DNA of 64,000 nt. It comes from an uncultured Gammaproteobacteria bacterium (GTDB taxonomy: Bacteria > Patescibacteriota > Patescibacteriia > PEXW01). A program made the position numbers and the translations under genes. The DNA lies in the NCBI GenBank assembly GCA_964486505.1, contig CAZAMC010000001.1:26748-90747 (forward strand), in the 5' to 3' direction. The notes under the pieces are model-generated. The model was given only the letters and a program-made list of their open reading frames with translations. It was not told the DNA's origin and did not search any database. Of the stretch, positions 16,945-26,794 are shown one piece after another; positions within the stretch are counted from its first letter, which is position 1; every line of letters starts with the position of its first letter.

Positions 16945-17873
16945 ACCTGCGCATTCTTGTTACTGGTGGGGCGGGATTCATTGGGTCACACCTCGTGGAT
17001 GCGCTTGTGGCACGCGGAGAAAGCGTCCTAGTCTTGGACGATCTTTCGTCCGGCAAACGGGAGTACGTGAACGAACAAGCCCAGTTCGAGCAGGTGGATA
17101 TTCGCACGTCGGCTGCTCAGGACGCGATACGGAATTTTAAACCCGAATTCATTTTCCACCTTGCAGCACAGAAGAGTGTCCCGGACTCGTTGAAGCAACC
17201 TCGGAAGGACGCCGATATAAACCTCGTGGGGTTATGCAATATTTTAGAAGCCCTGCCGGGTTTAGGGCTGAAAAAATTTATTTTTTCTTCAACGGGCGGT
17301 GCCATGTATGGCGATCATGCCCGTCTTCCTGCGACTGAAGAACAGGAAGCACAACCCTCGTCACCGTACGGCTTGGCAAAGTTTGCCTCGGAACGGTACC
17401 TGCAACTCTGGGGCGGTTTGCACAAGTTTCCGGTAACCGTTTTACGACCCGCTAATGTGTACGGGCCGCGTCAGGACCCATACGGTGAGGCGGGGGTCAT
17501 TGCCATTTTTTGCAAACGGGCTGTTGCCGGGCAGCCCATGCGAGTTTTTGGCACCGGTACGCACACGCGTGATTACGTATACGTTTCTGACATTGTGGCC
17601 GCATTCCTTGCCGCTCTGGACCTGGACGCAGCGGGAACGTTCAATCTTGGAACAGGCCAGGAGACTTCGGTGCAGGACATCATTGCAGCCCTTGAGCAGG
17701 AGACGAAGCAGACGTATCCAATCGACCGGCAGCCAGAGGTTGTGGGCGAGATGGAGCGAAGCGCACTCGACGCGAGCGTTGCTCGTCAGGCCCTTCACTG
17801 GCGGCCGAGCGTTGCGCTCGGTGAGGGCATCCGCCAGACGTACTCGTGGTTTTCGTCACATCCTAACGTGTAA
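16941..17873 (+). CDS. NAD-dependent nucleotide-sugar epimerase (GalE/UDP-glucose 4-epimerase family)
   Basis: ILVTGGAGFIGSHLVDAL, then YGLAKFASERY (YxxxK). ATGA overlap with the upstream gene. Confidence 0.75.
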   Translation: MNLRILVTGGAGFIGSHLVDALVARGESVLVLDDLSSGKREYVNEQAQFEQVDIRTSAAQDAIRNFKPEFIFHLAAQKSVPDSLKQPRKDADINLVGLCNILEALPGLGLKKFIFSSTGGAMYGDHARLPATEEQEAQPSSPYGLAKFASERYLQLWGGLHKFPVTVLRPANVYGPRQDPYGEAGVIAIFCKRAVAGQPMRVFGTGTHTRDYVYVSDIVAAFLAALDLDAAGTFNLGTGQETSVQDIIAALEQETKQTYPIDRQPEVVGEMERSALDASVARQALHWRPSVALGEGIRQTYSWFSSHPNV

Positions 17874-17878
17874 CCCCT

Positions 17879-19171
17879 ATGGCAAAGCGAAAAGGGAAAA
17901 AGGCAGCGGTGGCGATAGTGGGCTTGGGGTATGTTGGCCTGCCCCTTGCTGCTTTGGCTGTTGAAAAGGGTTACCGCGTGTACGGCATTGCCCGCAGCCG
18001 TCAGAAAGTGAATATGCTCAACCGGGGCGTGAGTACGCTGCCGGATGAACCTTCTATTGCGCCAACAATTGCAAAGAAGCAGATTATCGCTTCCACGACC
18101 TACGATGCCATCCGCAAGTCAGACGTGGTCGTCGTGTGCGTTCCAACACCCGTTGACCATCAGTACAATCCTGACTTGGGACCGGTGATTTCCGCATCGA
18201 AGAATATCCTCAAGAACCTCCGGAAAGGCCAGCTCATTATCATTGAGTCCACTATCAATCCGGGAGTGTGTGAAGAAGTGGTATTGCCTATCCTGGAGTC
18301 TACGGGGAAAAAAGTGGGGAAAGACTTTGAGCTCGCACACTGCCCGGAGCGCATTGATCCCGGGAATGCCAAGTGGAACGTCCGGAACATTCCCCGGTGC
18401 GTTGGCGGCGTAACGCCGCGGGGCGCGCAGCAAGCAGCAAAATTTTACCGCTCGCTCCTCGACGGGGAGGTGCGGGTTATGAAATCTATTAAGGAAGCCG
18501 AAGCAACGAAGATTATTGAAAATACTTTTCGGGATATTAATATTGCCTATGTGAATGAGCTAGCGAAGTCGTTCGATGTCTTGGGGATTGATGTGTACGA
18601 TGTCATCCAAGGCGCTGCCACAAAGCCATTTGCGTTCATGGCGCACTACCCATCGGTGGGGGTTGGTGGTCACTGTATCGCCGTAGACCCGTACTACCTC
18701 ATTGAGCGAGCTCGGAAGGCGGGGTTCGACCACAAGTTCCTCAAGCTGGCGCGGGAAATTAACAACAGCATGCCCGCGTATACGGTGGGAAAATTACAAA
18801 TTGCCTTGAATGAGCTCGGCAAGTCTCTCAAAGGTACGCACGTTGGCGTTCTGGGCCTTTCCTATAAAGCAAATGTGGGTGATATTCGCGAAAGCCCAAG
18901 TTTGAAAGTTATTGAGCTATTGCAGCAACTGGGAGCCAAGGTGCATGTCTACGATCCATACTTTCCTGACCGTTCGACCGAGAAAGACATCGAGAGGTTC
19001 CTGCATAGCGTTGAGGCGGCTGTGCTTGCTACGAATCACAAGCCGTTTTTGGCCGTGACGCCTGCCCAGTATAGGAAGGCTAAAGTTCGCGTCGTCATTG
19101 ATGGCAAGAACGCTCTCGACAAAGTCGCGCTGCAGAAAGCGGGGATTATCTACAAGGGGATTGGCAGATGA
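17879..19171 (+). CDS. Nucleotide-sugar dehydrogenase (UDP-glucose/GDP-mannose dehydrogenase family; likely UDP-glucose 6-dehydrogenase or UDP-ManNAc dehydrogenase)
   Basis: VAIVGLGYVGLPLA Rossmann motif and catalytic Cys in GGHCIAVDPYY. Confidence 0.8.
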   Translation: MAKRKGKKAAVAIVGLGYVGLPLAALAVEKGYRVYGIARSRQKVNMLNRGVSTLPDEPSIAPTIAKKQIIASTTYDAIRKSDVVVVCVPTPVDHQYNPDLGPVISASKNILKNLRKGQLIIIESTINPGVCEEVVLPILESTGKKVGKDFELAHCPERIDPGNAKWNVRNIPRCVGGVTPRGAQQAAKFYRSLLDGEVRVMKSIKEAEATKIIENTFRDINIAYVNELAKSFDVLGIDVYDVIQGAATKPFAFMAHYPSVGVGGHCIAVDPYYLIERARKAGFDHKFLKLAREINNSMPAYTVGKLQIALNELGKSLKGTHVGVLGLSYKANVGDIRESPSLKVIELLQQLGAKVHVYDPYFPDRSTEKDIERFLHSVEAAVLATNHKPFLAVTPAQYRKAKVRVVIDGKNALDKVALQKAGIIYKGIGR

Positions 19172-19842
19172 AGGTATTTGTTGTCATACCAGCATTCAAC
19201 GAAGAACGGGTTATAGATCAAGTGCTTCGGGATTTGCAGTCCACCGGATACCGCGTGGTGGTCGTTGATGATGCATCTGATGATGCCACGGTGCGCATTG
19301 CGTCGAAGTATACTCCAGACGTTCTTGAGCACTTAATTAACCGTGGCCAAGGGGCGGCGTTGAAAACGGGTATAACCTATGCCCTTGCCGAAGGCGCCGA
19401 GATTATCGTTACCTATGACGCTGATGGCCAGCATCGCGTAGAAGATATCACTGCGCTCGTACGACCGATTGAAGCCGGCGAGTGCGAAGTTACGCTGGGG
19501 TCGCGGTACCTTACGGAACTCTCAACGCAGCGCGTGCCTTTTACGCGCAAGGTACTTCATCGTTTAGCTGTTGCGTATACCAATCTGACCACGGGTCTTC
19601 ACTTAACGGATACACACAATGGTCTGCGAGCATTCACTGCCACAGCCGCTCAGCGTATTCAGTTCCAGCAGGATCGCATGGCGCATGCCTCCGAAATTCT
19701 TGATGAAATTGCTCGGAAGCACATTGCTTTTAAAGAAGTACCAGTAAATGTGTACTACACTGAGTACTCATTAGCGAAAGGGCAGCACGTGGGAGATTTT
19801 GTGAAGATTCTATTCAAGATATTCATTAATAAGTTGAAGTAG
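19168..19842 (+). CDS. Glycosyltransferase family 2 (ArnC/DPM1-like polyprenyl-phosphate glycosyltransferase)
   Basis: MKVFVVIPAFNEERVI, VVVVDDASDD and YDADGQH. Confidence 0.8.
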   Translation: MKVFVVIPAFNEERVIDQVLRDLQSTGYRVVVVDDASDDATVRIASKYTPDVLEHLINRGQGAALKTGITYALAEGAEIIVTYDADGQHRVEDITALVRPIEAGECEVTLGSRYLTELSTQRVPFTRKVLHRLAVAYTNLTTGLHLTDTHNGLRAFTATAAQRIQFQQDRMAHASEILDEIARKHIAFKEVPVNVYYTEYSLAKGQHVGDFVKILFKIFINKLK

Positions 19843-19843
19843 T

Positions 19844-20170
19844 ATGGTTATTAAGATTCTCATAACCATCTTCGTTGCCTTTGCCGTTTCACGTGTCTAC
19901 CTCCGCTACCGTGATAAAAGTTTTGGCCTCTTCGCTCTAGTCTTTTGGTCACTCATCTGGGGGGTTGTGCTTTTTTTCGCCTGGCTACCCCGGTCAAGCG
20001 ATACAATTGCCCGCATCCTAGGGGTGGGCCGTGGTGTGGAGGCGTTGCTCGCAATTGCGGTGGTAGGGCTTTTCTACGCAGTTTTTCGACTATACGTGAA
20101 GCTTGAGTGGGTTGAGCATGAAATAACTACGTTCGTGCGCAAGATTGCCCTTCAGAAGAAGAACAAGTGA
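19844..20170 (+). CDS. DUF2304-like small membrane protein (commonly paired with ArnC-like GT2)
   Basis: 108 aa with 3 TM segments. Sits directly downstream of a GT2 gene, the arrangement recalled for DUF2304. Confidence 0.45.
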   Translation: MVIKILITIFVAFAVSRVYLRYRDKSFGLFALVFWSLIWGVVLFFAWLPRSSDTIARILGVGRGVEALLAIAVVGLFYAVFRLYVKLEWVEHEITTFVRKIALQKKNK

Positions 20171-21339
20171 TCGGTGAATTATTTTTATACGTTGGGGGAG
20201 GCTTGCTGGTCTGGCTTTACGTTGGATACCCCGTTGTGACCTTTACGTTTGCACGATTCCGAAAGCCCACGAGTCGTACGCCACTTTCTAGGCCCTCAGT
20301 TGCCGTACTCATCATTGCGTATAATGAGAAGGCGGTTATTGCGAAGAAGTTACAGAATACCCTCGCCCTTCACTACGCACCTGGGAAAAAACACATTGTT
20401 GTTGTCGACAGCGGCTCAACCGATGGTATGCGAGAAGAAGTGGAGAAGTTTACGAAAGATGGTGTGCAGTACCTCAATCAGGAGCAGCGTGAGGGCAAGG
20501 CCTCGGCAATTCACTTTGGGGCGCAGCGGGTCTCCACGGACCTTATTCTCTCAACCGATGCAAATGCGTACTTTGCGCCGGATGCCTTGGAACACATGGT
20601 TTCGTATTTTGCCGATCCAACAATTGGCGGCGTGACAGCTGCAATGCGCCAAGCTGCGACTACGGGCCAAGCGGCAGAAGCCGAAAGTGAGCGGTACTGG
20701 AAGTACGAGCGGTACATACGCAGTGCAGAAGCGCGCCTTGCATCGGTGTGTAACTTGAGTGGCGAAGCAGCGCTTTTTCGACGGGAAACCTTGTCCTCTC
20801 GGGAGCTTTCCTCTTGGTACCCCGCGGGAACGGCAGATGACCTTTCACTTAGCGTGGCGTTGGTGCGCGCCGGGTTTCGGCTCGCCTACGCGGTAGATGC
20901 CGATGTGTGGGAAGTGGCACCCGCAACGTACCATGACTACTTCAAGCAGAAAGTGCGCATTGTCGTGCAAACCATTGCTACAGTTTTTGCTTCTTTGCCA
21001 ACGCTCCTGCTCAAACCGAGTGGGTACAGTTACTGGGTTTTCCCAAATCGGAAAGTACTGCCCCTGCTTTCACCACTGGGTTTTCTTTTCATGCTCTTCG
21101 GGGTTGCAAGTGTAGCGTGGCCGTTTGCGCTGGTCCTTTTGGGCCTCTACGGTGTTTTGCTCACTTCTCGACTCCTTCATTCTTCCAAAGGGGTCATTCG
21201 GGCGGGAGCTCAGGCCGCCGCCCTCTTTGGGCTGCTCAATGTGGCGGTAGTGCTTGGGTGGATTCAATTTTTTAGCGGGAAGAGGTATACAGTGTGGGAT
21301 CAGGCGGCGAGCACGCGTTCACAAGGGGCCGTTAGGTAA
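20167..21339 (+). CDS. Membrane-bound glycosyltransferase family 2 (processive/synthase-like GT2 with flanking TM segments)
   Basis: GTG start. N-terminal TM, VAVLIIAYNEKAVI and VVDSGSTDG. C-terminal TM helices. Confidence 0.7.
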   Translation: MIGELFLYVGGGLLVWLYVGYPVVTFTFARFRKPTSRTPLSRPSVAVLIIAYNEKAVIAKKLQNTLALHYAPGKKHIVVVDSGSTDGMREEVEKFTKDGVQYLNQEQREGKASAIHFGAQRVSTDLILSTDANAYFAPDALEHMVSYFADPTIGGVTAAMRQAATTGQAAEAESERYWKYERYIRSAEARLASVCNLSGEAALFRRETLSSRELSSWYPAGTADDLSLSVALVRAGFRLAYAVDADVWEVAPATYHDYFKQKVRIVVQTIATVFASLPTLLLKPSGYSYWVFPNRKVLPLLSPLGFLFMLFGVASVAWPFALVLLGLYGVLLTSRLLHSSKGVIRAGAQAAALFGLLNVAVVLGWIQFFSGKRYTVWDQAASTRSQGAVR

Positions 21340-21347
21340 ACCGTCAC

Positions 21348-22940
21348 ATGGGAAGCACGAACCGCATACAGAATTTTCTCCCGCTCCTGATTGTAGCGGC
21401 ATTGGCGCTGGCGGGGGCGACGATTATTGGCGTGTACGTGTACCAAGTGCACGGCGCCGGGTTTTTTGGTTGGGATGCACCATACTACATTGCTAAAACC
21501 AAGACTCTCGTTGAGGAGGGGTTGCCTGCACTCATTCGCACGCACGGTGGTCTGCGGATTGGTTATACGCTTTTTAGTGGTGCGGTGGCCATCGCTACCC
21601 CGCTTTCGTATATTGAAATCGAACGGTATGTACCGTACTTCTTCATCGCGCTCATTGCATTTTCCAGCGGATGGCTAGTGCTGCAAATGTTCCGGAAGAC
21701 TATCCTTGCTGCTATTGCCGTGGTTGTATCGTGCTCGTACTTTGGTCTCACCGACCTTGCGCTACGAAACAATTCCGATAACCTCTTCGCCTTTGCGCTG
21801 CTCGGGATTCTTGTCAATATCTTTGCGGCGTATTTTCTTGAACGCATTTCAGCGCGCGTAACCTTGGGGCTGTCTGCGCTCGTGCTCGGCATCATTGGCA
21901 TTACCCATCTTGAGACCTACGCCCTCGCGGGGATTCTGTATGTCTTCATGCTGGCCATTTTTGGCATTTCTATGCGAACCCAGTGGCGGGCGTGGTTACG
22001 GCTGATGGCGCCGTTGCTCGCGGCAGGTGGGCTAGCGACAGCAGTTGTGTTCATTCTTTGGGGTCCACGACTTTTTCAAGTAACAGATGCTGTATCGGTG
22101 CATGCGGGGAGTACGACGGTGGGCCAGGTCGCGGGCACCTACCAGCTGCCCATTTCCCCAGGCACGATTTTTTCCTCTATTGATCAGCCATACGCGTTGG
22201 TCTGGGCGGTACCATTGCTCATCGCCGCGGGCATAGCCGTGGGTCGCCGTCTGCGCCAGGCAGACCGGTTGGGCATCTTAGTATCCGCTTGGGCGTTAGC
22301 ATTTGTGGCCGCCTATGTGATTTTTTGGATTGCGCGCTTTGACTACAACTTCTTTATCCGGATTGTTTCGCTCCTTCCCATTGGGGTTTTCGTCGCTATC
22401 GGCGTGGCGGCCGCACGCTCTAGGGGGATAGTTGTGCAACTCGCCTTGCTCGCAATTACCATTGTGGGTTTCACCTCTTCGCTTGCCCAGCACATTCGGG
22501 CGTCAAAATCGTATGCACCTGAGGGACTGGTTGAGCAAATTCAGGGAGTCACGCGGTTTGCGAATACCCATTGGTCTCCTACCGATCCAATATTCATTTC
22601 TTCTACGACGACGAAGCATGATACTGGCGAATTCGCTACGTATACCATGTGGCAAAATTGGATCGCTGCTTCGATTCCGGAAAATTTTTCACACCCACTT
22701 ATTCTGCATTTCGGTAAGCCAACGGACCTAGAAAAATGCAAACCCTCTCAACCGGCCCAGGCCACGCAAACCGAGTATTTTGGTGTCAGCGAACAATCGG
22801 TGGCTACGATTTGCGATACCTACGGCACCCCCAAGCAGTACTTTGTTCTTCGCTCAATTAGCAAGGGGTACTACGATCAACTAAAACCAGCAGGCGAAGT
22901 AGTGGCGCCTGGCGTGCTACTCGTTGCGGCTACTCCCTAG
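21348..22940 (+). CDS. Large polytopic membrane protein (candidate Wzy-like polymerase or GT-C glycosyltransferase)
   Basis: 530 aa with about 12 TM segments. No conserved motif recognised. Confidence 0.45.
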   Translation: MGSTNRIQNFLPLLIVAALALAGATIIGVYVYQVHGAGFFGWDAPYYIAKTKTLVEEGLPALIRTHGGLRIGYTLFSGAVAIATPLSYIEIERYVPYFFIALIAFSSGWLVLQMFRKTILAAIAVVVSCSYFGLTDLALRNNSDNLFAFALLGILVNIFAAYFLERISARVTLGLSALVLGIIGITHLETYALAGILYVFMLAIFGISMRTQWRAWLRLMAPLLAAGGLATAVVFILWGPRLFQVTDAVSVHAGSTTVGQVAGTYQLPISPGTIFSSIDQPYALVWAVPLLIAAGIAVGRRLRQADRLGILVSAWALAFVAAYVIFWIARFDYNFFIRIVSLLPIGVFVAIGVAAARSRGIVVQLALLAITIVGFTSSLAQHIRASKSYAPEGLVEQIQGVTRFANTHWSPTDPIFISSTTTKHDTGEFATYTMWQNWIAASIPENFSHPLILHFGKPTDLEKCKPSQPAQATQTEYFGVSEQSVATICDTYGTPKQYFVLRSISKGYYDQLKPAGEVVAPGVLLVAATP

Positions 22941-23851
22941 GCAGTTCGGCGTCCGTACCGCTTCTGTAAACCATCCCGCACAGCGCCGTAGATGGTTTTG
23001 GCATTGGCGGAGCGATTGCGACGAAGTGACAAGTACAGGTAGCCCACAATGTTCCGGGGAGCGTAGACCACCATGAAGTAGAGCAGAAATGTGCTACTGG
23101 ACAGTGATGACCGTGCAAAGAGCAGCTTGTTGCGGAGCATGTAGTACAGGTAGGTTGCAGAAAGGTACTTCGTAGTGGCAGCAACTCGGTGCCGGGCAAC
23201 TGCTTTGGGGGCGTAGTCAAGTTTCCAACCGGCGCGCTGAGCACGGCGGCAGAGGTCAGTTTCCTCAAAGTAGGCAAAGTAGTGCTCGTCAAAGTAGCCA
23301 ACCTGTTGGCAAACAGTGTGGCGGATGAGTAGGCAACACCCCGAGATGTAGCCAAGTGATTGGCGGACTTGTGCTGCCGGAAGCAGCGTTTTTTTGGTGC
23401 GATTCCGGCCGATTAGCCGGAAGTTGTCGCGCCAGAGTTTTGCATATCCACCTGCTTGGCAGTAGACCCGGTCACTCTGGTCCACGTACACTGTGGCCCC
23501 AACAATGCCAACCTGGCTGTCTGCATGGAGGGCCTCCACGAGTTTGGTGATGGCATCGGGAGCTACGGCCGCGTCATTGTTGAGCAGGAGGTAGTATTCG
23601 GGGGTAGGGAAGTGATTAGACTGCATGCCATCATTGCATCCGCCAGCAAACCCGCGGTTCTCTGGGTTTGCAAGTACCTGGACGGTGGGGAAGGTTTCGG
23701 CTAGACGTTGGGCCTCGTTGTGCTCAGATCCATTGTCGACAATAACAATATCTACGCCGGGGTAGTCGCTCTTCTGTAGGGACTCGATACAGCGGACAGT
23801 GTCGGCAAAGCCGTTCCAGTTAAGGACAACAGCTCTAACGCGCCCGGGCAT
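22937..23851 (-). CDS. Glycosyltransferase family 2 (rhamnosyl/galactosyl-transferase-like)
   Basis: RAVVLNWNGFADTVRCIESL and DIVIVDNGS. Confidence 0.8.
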   Translation of the reverse strand: MPGRVRAVVLNWNGFADTVRCIESLQKSDYPGVDIVIVDNGSEHNEAQRLAETFPTVQVLANPENRGFAGGCNDGMQSNHFPTPEYYLLLNNDAAVAPDAITKLVEALHADSQVGIVGATVYVDQSDRVYCQAGGYAKLWRDNFRLIGRNRTKKTLLPAAQVRQSLGYISGCCLLIRHTVCQQVGYFDEHYFAYFEETDLCRRAQRAGWKLDYAPKAVARHRVAATTKYLSATYLYYMLRNKLLFARSSLSSSTFLLYFMVVYAPRNIVGYLYLSLRRNRSANAKTIYGAVRDGLQKRYGRRTA

Positions 23852-24833
23852 AGCGATGGGTTATGAAGGCGAGTTCAGTAATCCAGAGTGTACATGCGTA
23901 CCACGTGAGGAGTGTGAACGCTTCGTGGGCAGAAAGCGCGTAGTGTTTACTAGCGTAGATTGTGGCAACTATGCCGCAGCCAAAAATTCCGGCCAGCATC
24001 CAGCCTCCTGCGGCTAAGTTCAGGAACGCCACTATTACCGTGGCCAGAATTGCAAGAGGCGCGTAAGCAAAGAAGCGGTAGGGGAGAACTTCGTGCCCGT
24101 ACTGGCCAAGTTCAGGTGTGCCCCGGTGCTTACGCCAGAGAAGTGCTCGGCCAATTCCTTGTCGCCAGTAGCGGGTGAGCATCAAGCGCAGCGAAGTCAG
24201 GTCATTACGCAAACCAAGGTCGTGGAGGATCATTGGCGCCGGCAGCTTAAGGAAAGTAAATCCAGACCGCCGTACGAGCATGCCAAAATCTACTTCATCT
24301 TCGGCCGGAAGTTTTGGATCAAAATTTACGCCGTGGGCGATGACCGCCTGACGAATGAGGCCCGTGCCCGCGTTGTGCAACACGGCAGTGGCCTTCTTTG
24401 CTCCAGCCCGCAGGCCCAGTGAGAGAACGTAGTTGAAGAAAGAATTCAGGGGGTGTTGTTCAATAGTCGCACCGCCAATGACCCCAACGTGGTGGTTTTC
24501 AGTTTTGGAAAATTCACCTATAGCAGTGGTGAGCCACTGTGGGTGAAGAAGCGAGTCGGCAGCAACGTATTGGAGGTAGTCACCCGACGCAGCGGCTATG
24601 CCTGCGGCCAGTCCAGCAGCGGCAGACGGGGGCTGCGTGGACGAGGATACAACGCGGGCTCCGTGCTGTTTAGCAATTTCCTTGGTCTGGTCAGTAGAGC
24701 CAGTATCGCAAACTACGACCTCCACTTGCTGTTGGGGATAGTTTGCACGTTGGATTGAGGCAAGACACGCGGGGAGGTGAGCTTCCTCGTTTAAGGTTGG
24801 AATAACGATGCTTATTTTTGGGTACGAGGTCAT
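23835..24833 (-). CDS. Glycosyltransferase family 2 with C-terminal TM region
   Basis: ISIVIPTLNEEAHL and VVVCDTGSTD. C-terminal hydrophobic helices. Confidence 0.8.
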   Translation of the reverse strand: MTSYPKISIVIPTLNEEAHLPACLASIQRANYPQQQVEVVVCDTGSTDQTKEIAKQHGARVVSSSTQPPSAAAGLAAGIAAASGDYLQYVAADSLLHPQWLTTAIGEFSKTENHHVGVIGGATIEQHPLNSFFNYVLSLGLRAGAKKATAVLHNAGTGLIRQAVIAHGVNFDPKLPAEDEVDFGMLVRRSGFTFLKLPAPMILHDLGLRNDLTSLRLMLTRYWRQGIGRALLWRKHRGTPELGQYGHEVLPYRFFAYAPLAILATVIVAFLNLAAGGWMLAGIFGCGIVATIYASKHYALSAHEAFTLLTWYACTLWITELAFITHRYARAR

Positions 24834-26065
24834 GCAACCTCATCCTGCTCAGCGTACCCATACGCTTCACGGACTAGCGGATTGGTCTGAACCGCCTTGA
24901 AAGTCCGTGACCGGGCAAAGTACCCGGAAGTAATCCGCTTTGTAAGGTCGGCAAATACCAGATCGCTCGGACTCGTTTTCATGGGGTTCAGGGTGTAGCG
25001 GTCCCAGTCTTTTTTAAGACGCAGCGCCTTTAGAGCATTCTCGTACACATCTTCATTACTCAGAATTGTTGCGCCCGCAAAGATTGTCTCTGGTCGCTCG
25101 GTTGAGAGCCTGGTGATGAGCGCGGGCACGCCGAGAATCATTGCTTCTTCCTGCACAGTGCCACTATCAGATACGATGAGCTTCGCTTCCTTTTCTAGTT
25201 TTAAAAATTCAAAAAATCCAAGCGGTGCAACGGTCCGAATTTTTGACTTCCGGATTTTTGACCACAAGCCAAAACGTTTCAAATTTGCGCTCACCCGCGG
25301 CATAACCGGCCAGATGATTGGCATTTTGCGAGAAAGCTTTACAAAGCCCATGACCTTATTTGTCAGCGATATGCGATCGTCGGTATTTTCTTCACGGTGT
25401 AACGTGACCGCACAGTAACTCTTTGGCTTAAGTTGCAGCTCCTGGAGAATCTTCGTCTTGTCAGCTTTGGGGAGGAATTGTTCGACCGCATCGTAGATGA
25501 TGTTCCCAATAACCACAATTCTATCTGACGAAACCCCCTCTTGGAGGAGATTCTCACGGTGCCTAGGCATGTAGGCGTACAGGAGATCAGACATGTGGTC
25601 AATGAGGATACGGCACTTTTCTTCGGGCATTCGCCAATCAAACGACCGACCACCAGCCTCGAGGTGGATGACGGGTACCTTTGCTCGCGCAGCGATGAAG
25701 GACGACGTGACGCTATTGGTATCGCCAAGGTACATGACGGCGTCCGGTTTATACTTCTGGAGCATTTCTTCCATGCGCTCGAAGAGGAGTGACGTTTGGT
25801 ACGCATGGGTTGTAGGGCCGCCTCGTTCTTTGAGGGTTTTGCCGATGCCCAAGTTGAAATCCGGCTTGCGGATCCCCAGTTCTCGGTAAAACACCTCGTC
25901 CAATTCTTTGCTGTAGTGCTGGCCAGTATGCATGAAGAGGTGCTCGTACTTAAATTCTTTTTGGCCCCGGTCTAGGAGTTTTATGAGTTTATACATCCGA
26001 ATGAGATCGGGTCGGATGCCCAGGAGCGTGATGAGACGGAAGGGTTTTTTTGGCATGGCCTGCAT
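24830..26065 (-). CDS. wecB: UDP-N-acetylglucosamine 2-epimerase (non-hydrolysing), WecB family
   Basis: Matches to E. coli WecB: GIRPDLIRMY corresponds to GTRPEAIKM, and VIHLEAGGRSFDWRMPEE corresponds to VGHVEAGLRTGD..PEE. The ORF extends to 26254 but the N-terminal extension looks non-native, so start is set at MQAMPKK. Confidence 0.75.
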   Translation of the reverse strand: MQAMPKKPFRLITLLGIRPDLIRMYKLIKLLDRGQKEFKYEHLFMHTGQHYSKELDEVFYRELGIRKPDFNLGIGKTLKERGGPTTHAYQTSLLFERMEEMLQKYKPDAVMYLGDTNSVTSSFIAARAKVPVIHLEAGGRSFDWRMPEEKCRILIDHMSDLLYAYMPRHRENLLQEGVSSDRIVVIGNIIYDAVEQFLPKADKTKILQELQLKPKSYCAVTLHREENTDDRISLTNKVMGFVKLSRKMPIIWPVMPRVSANLKRFGLWSKIRKSKIRTVAPLGFFEFLKLEKEAKLIVSDSGTVQEEAMILGVPALITRLSTERPETIFAGATILSNEDVYENALKALRLKKDWDRYTLNPMKTSPSDLVFADLTKRITSGYFARSRTFKAVQTNPLVREAYGYAEQDEVA

Positions 26066-26142
26066 TGACAAGACGAGAGGGCGGTGGTAGCGTGCACCGA
26101 TTAGAGAATACCAGAATAACGCGAAAAAACAAGGAGAAATAG

Positions 26143-26736
26143 ATGAGTAGTGAGCGTTTGTTAGGTCCTGACTCGCCCTTTGATATCGACGTAACGTGGC
26201 GCGGTGATCCTCGACATCCAGATGAGATTTGCGTAGCCACGCGATACGCGACATTCACCAGTAGGGTGGAGCAGTCCGTGCATGGTCAGCCTGAGCAGTG
26301 GAATGTGCTTGAGACGCGTCCGGCTTTTGAAGTTGGGTTTCTCAAGCTCATCCAGTACGTTCCGTACATCTTGCTCATGCGCAAACGCCGGAAGGCCACG
26401 GATGCTCCGCGAACGAAAGCGCCGGGTGGCTACCTGTGGCGCGCGATTGCCGAAGCGGCACCGGAGAAGATTTTGGCCGATACGGGCGTGACGTTTGACT
26501 TTTCAACCACCCGCAGACTCCCGAACGTCATCGGGCACGCGGAAATCCAAACCCCCATTGAACTGTACTACACGTTTCAATGGGAACGTACGCAGGATCC
26601 TCGTGAGGGCGTTGAAGTTCTCGAAGTGCCGCTGAGCGAAGCCATTGAAATGGCGAGTCGAGGAGAAATTGAAAATGACAGCTCGTTTTCCCTCCTCATG
26701 TGGCTGTGGTACCTGCACACGAACCGTCAGTTATAA
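26143..26736 (+). CDS. Hypothetical protein, NUDIX-fold-like with degenerate Nudix box
   Basis: The C-terminus LSEAIEMASRGEIENDSSFSLLMWLW resembles the NudF C-terminal region. No clean GX5EX7REUXEEXGU box. Confidence 0.3.
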   Translation: MSSERLLGPDSPFDIDVTWRGDPRHPDEICVATRYATFTSRVEQSVHGQPEQWNVLETRPAFEVGFLKLIQYVPYILLMRKRRKATDAPRTKAPGGYLWRAIAEAAPEKILADTGVTFDFSTTRRLPNVIGHAEIQTPIELYYTFQWERTQDPREGVEVLEVPLSEAIEMASRGEIENDSSFSLLMWLWYLHTNRQL

Positions 26737-26794
26737 ACACCAAAAAGGCGAGGCTCACAAGAGTCCTCGCCTTTTCCACGTTTGCAAAGATTCT

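Noticed and set aside
26064-26100. Sigma70-like promoter (ttgaca-17-tagcgt) for the 26143 gene
   Set aside because: The -10 element is weak and the -35 overlaps the wecB start codon on the other strand. Too speculative to list as a feature.
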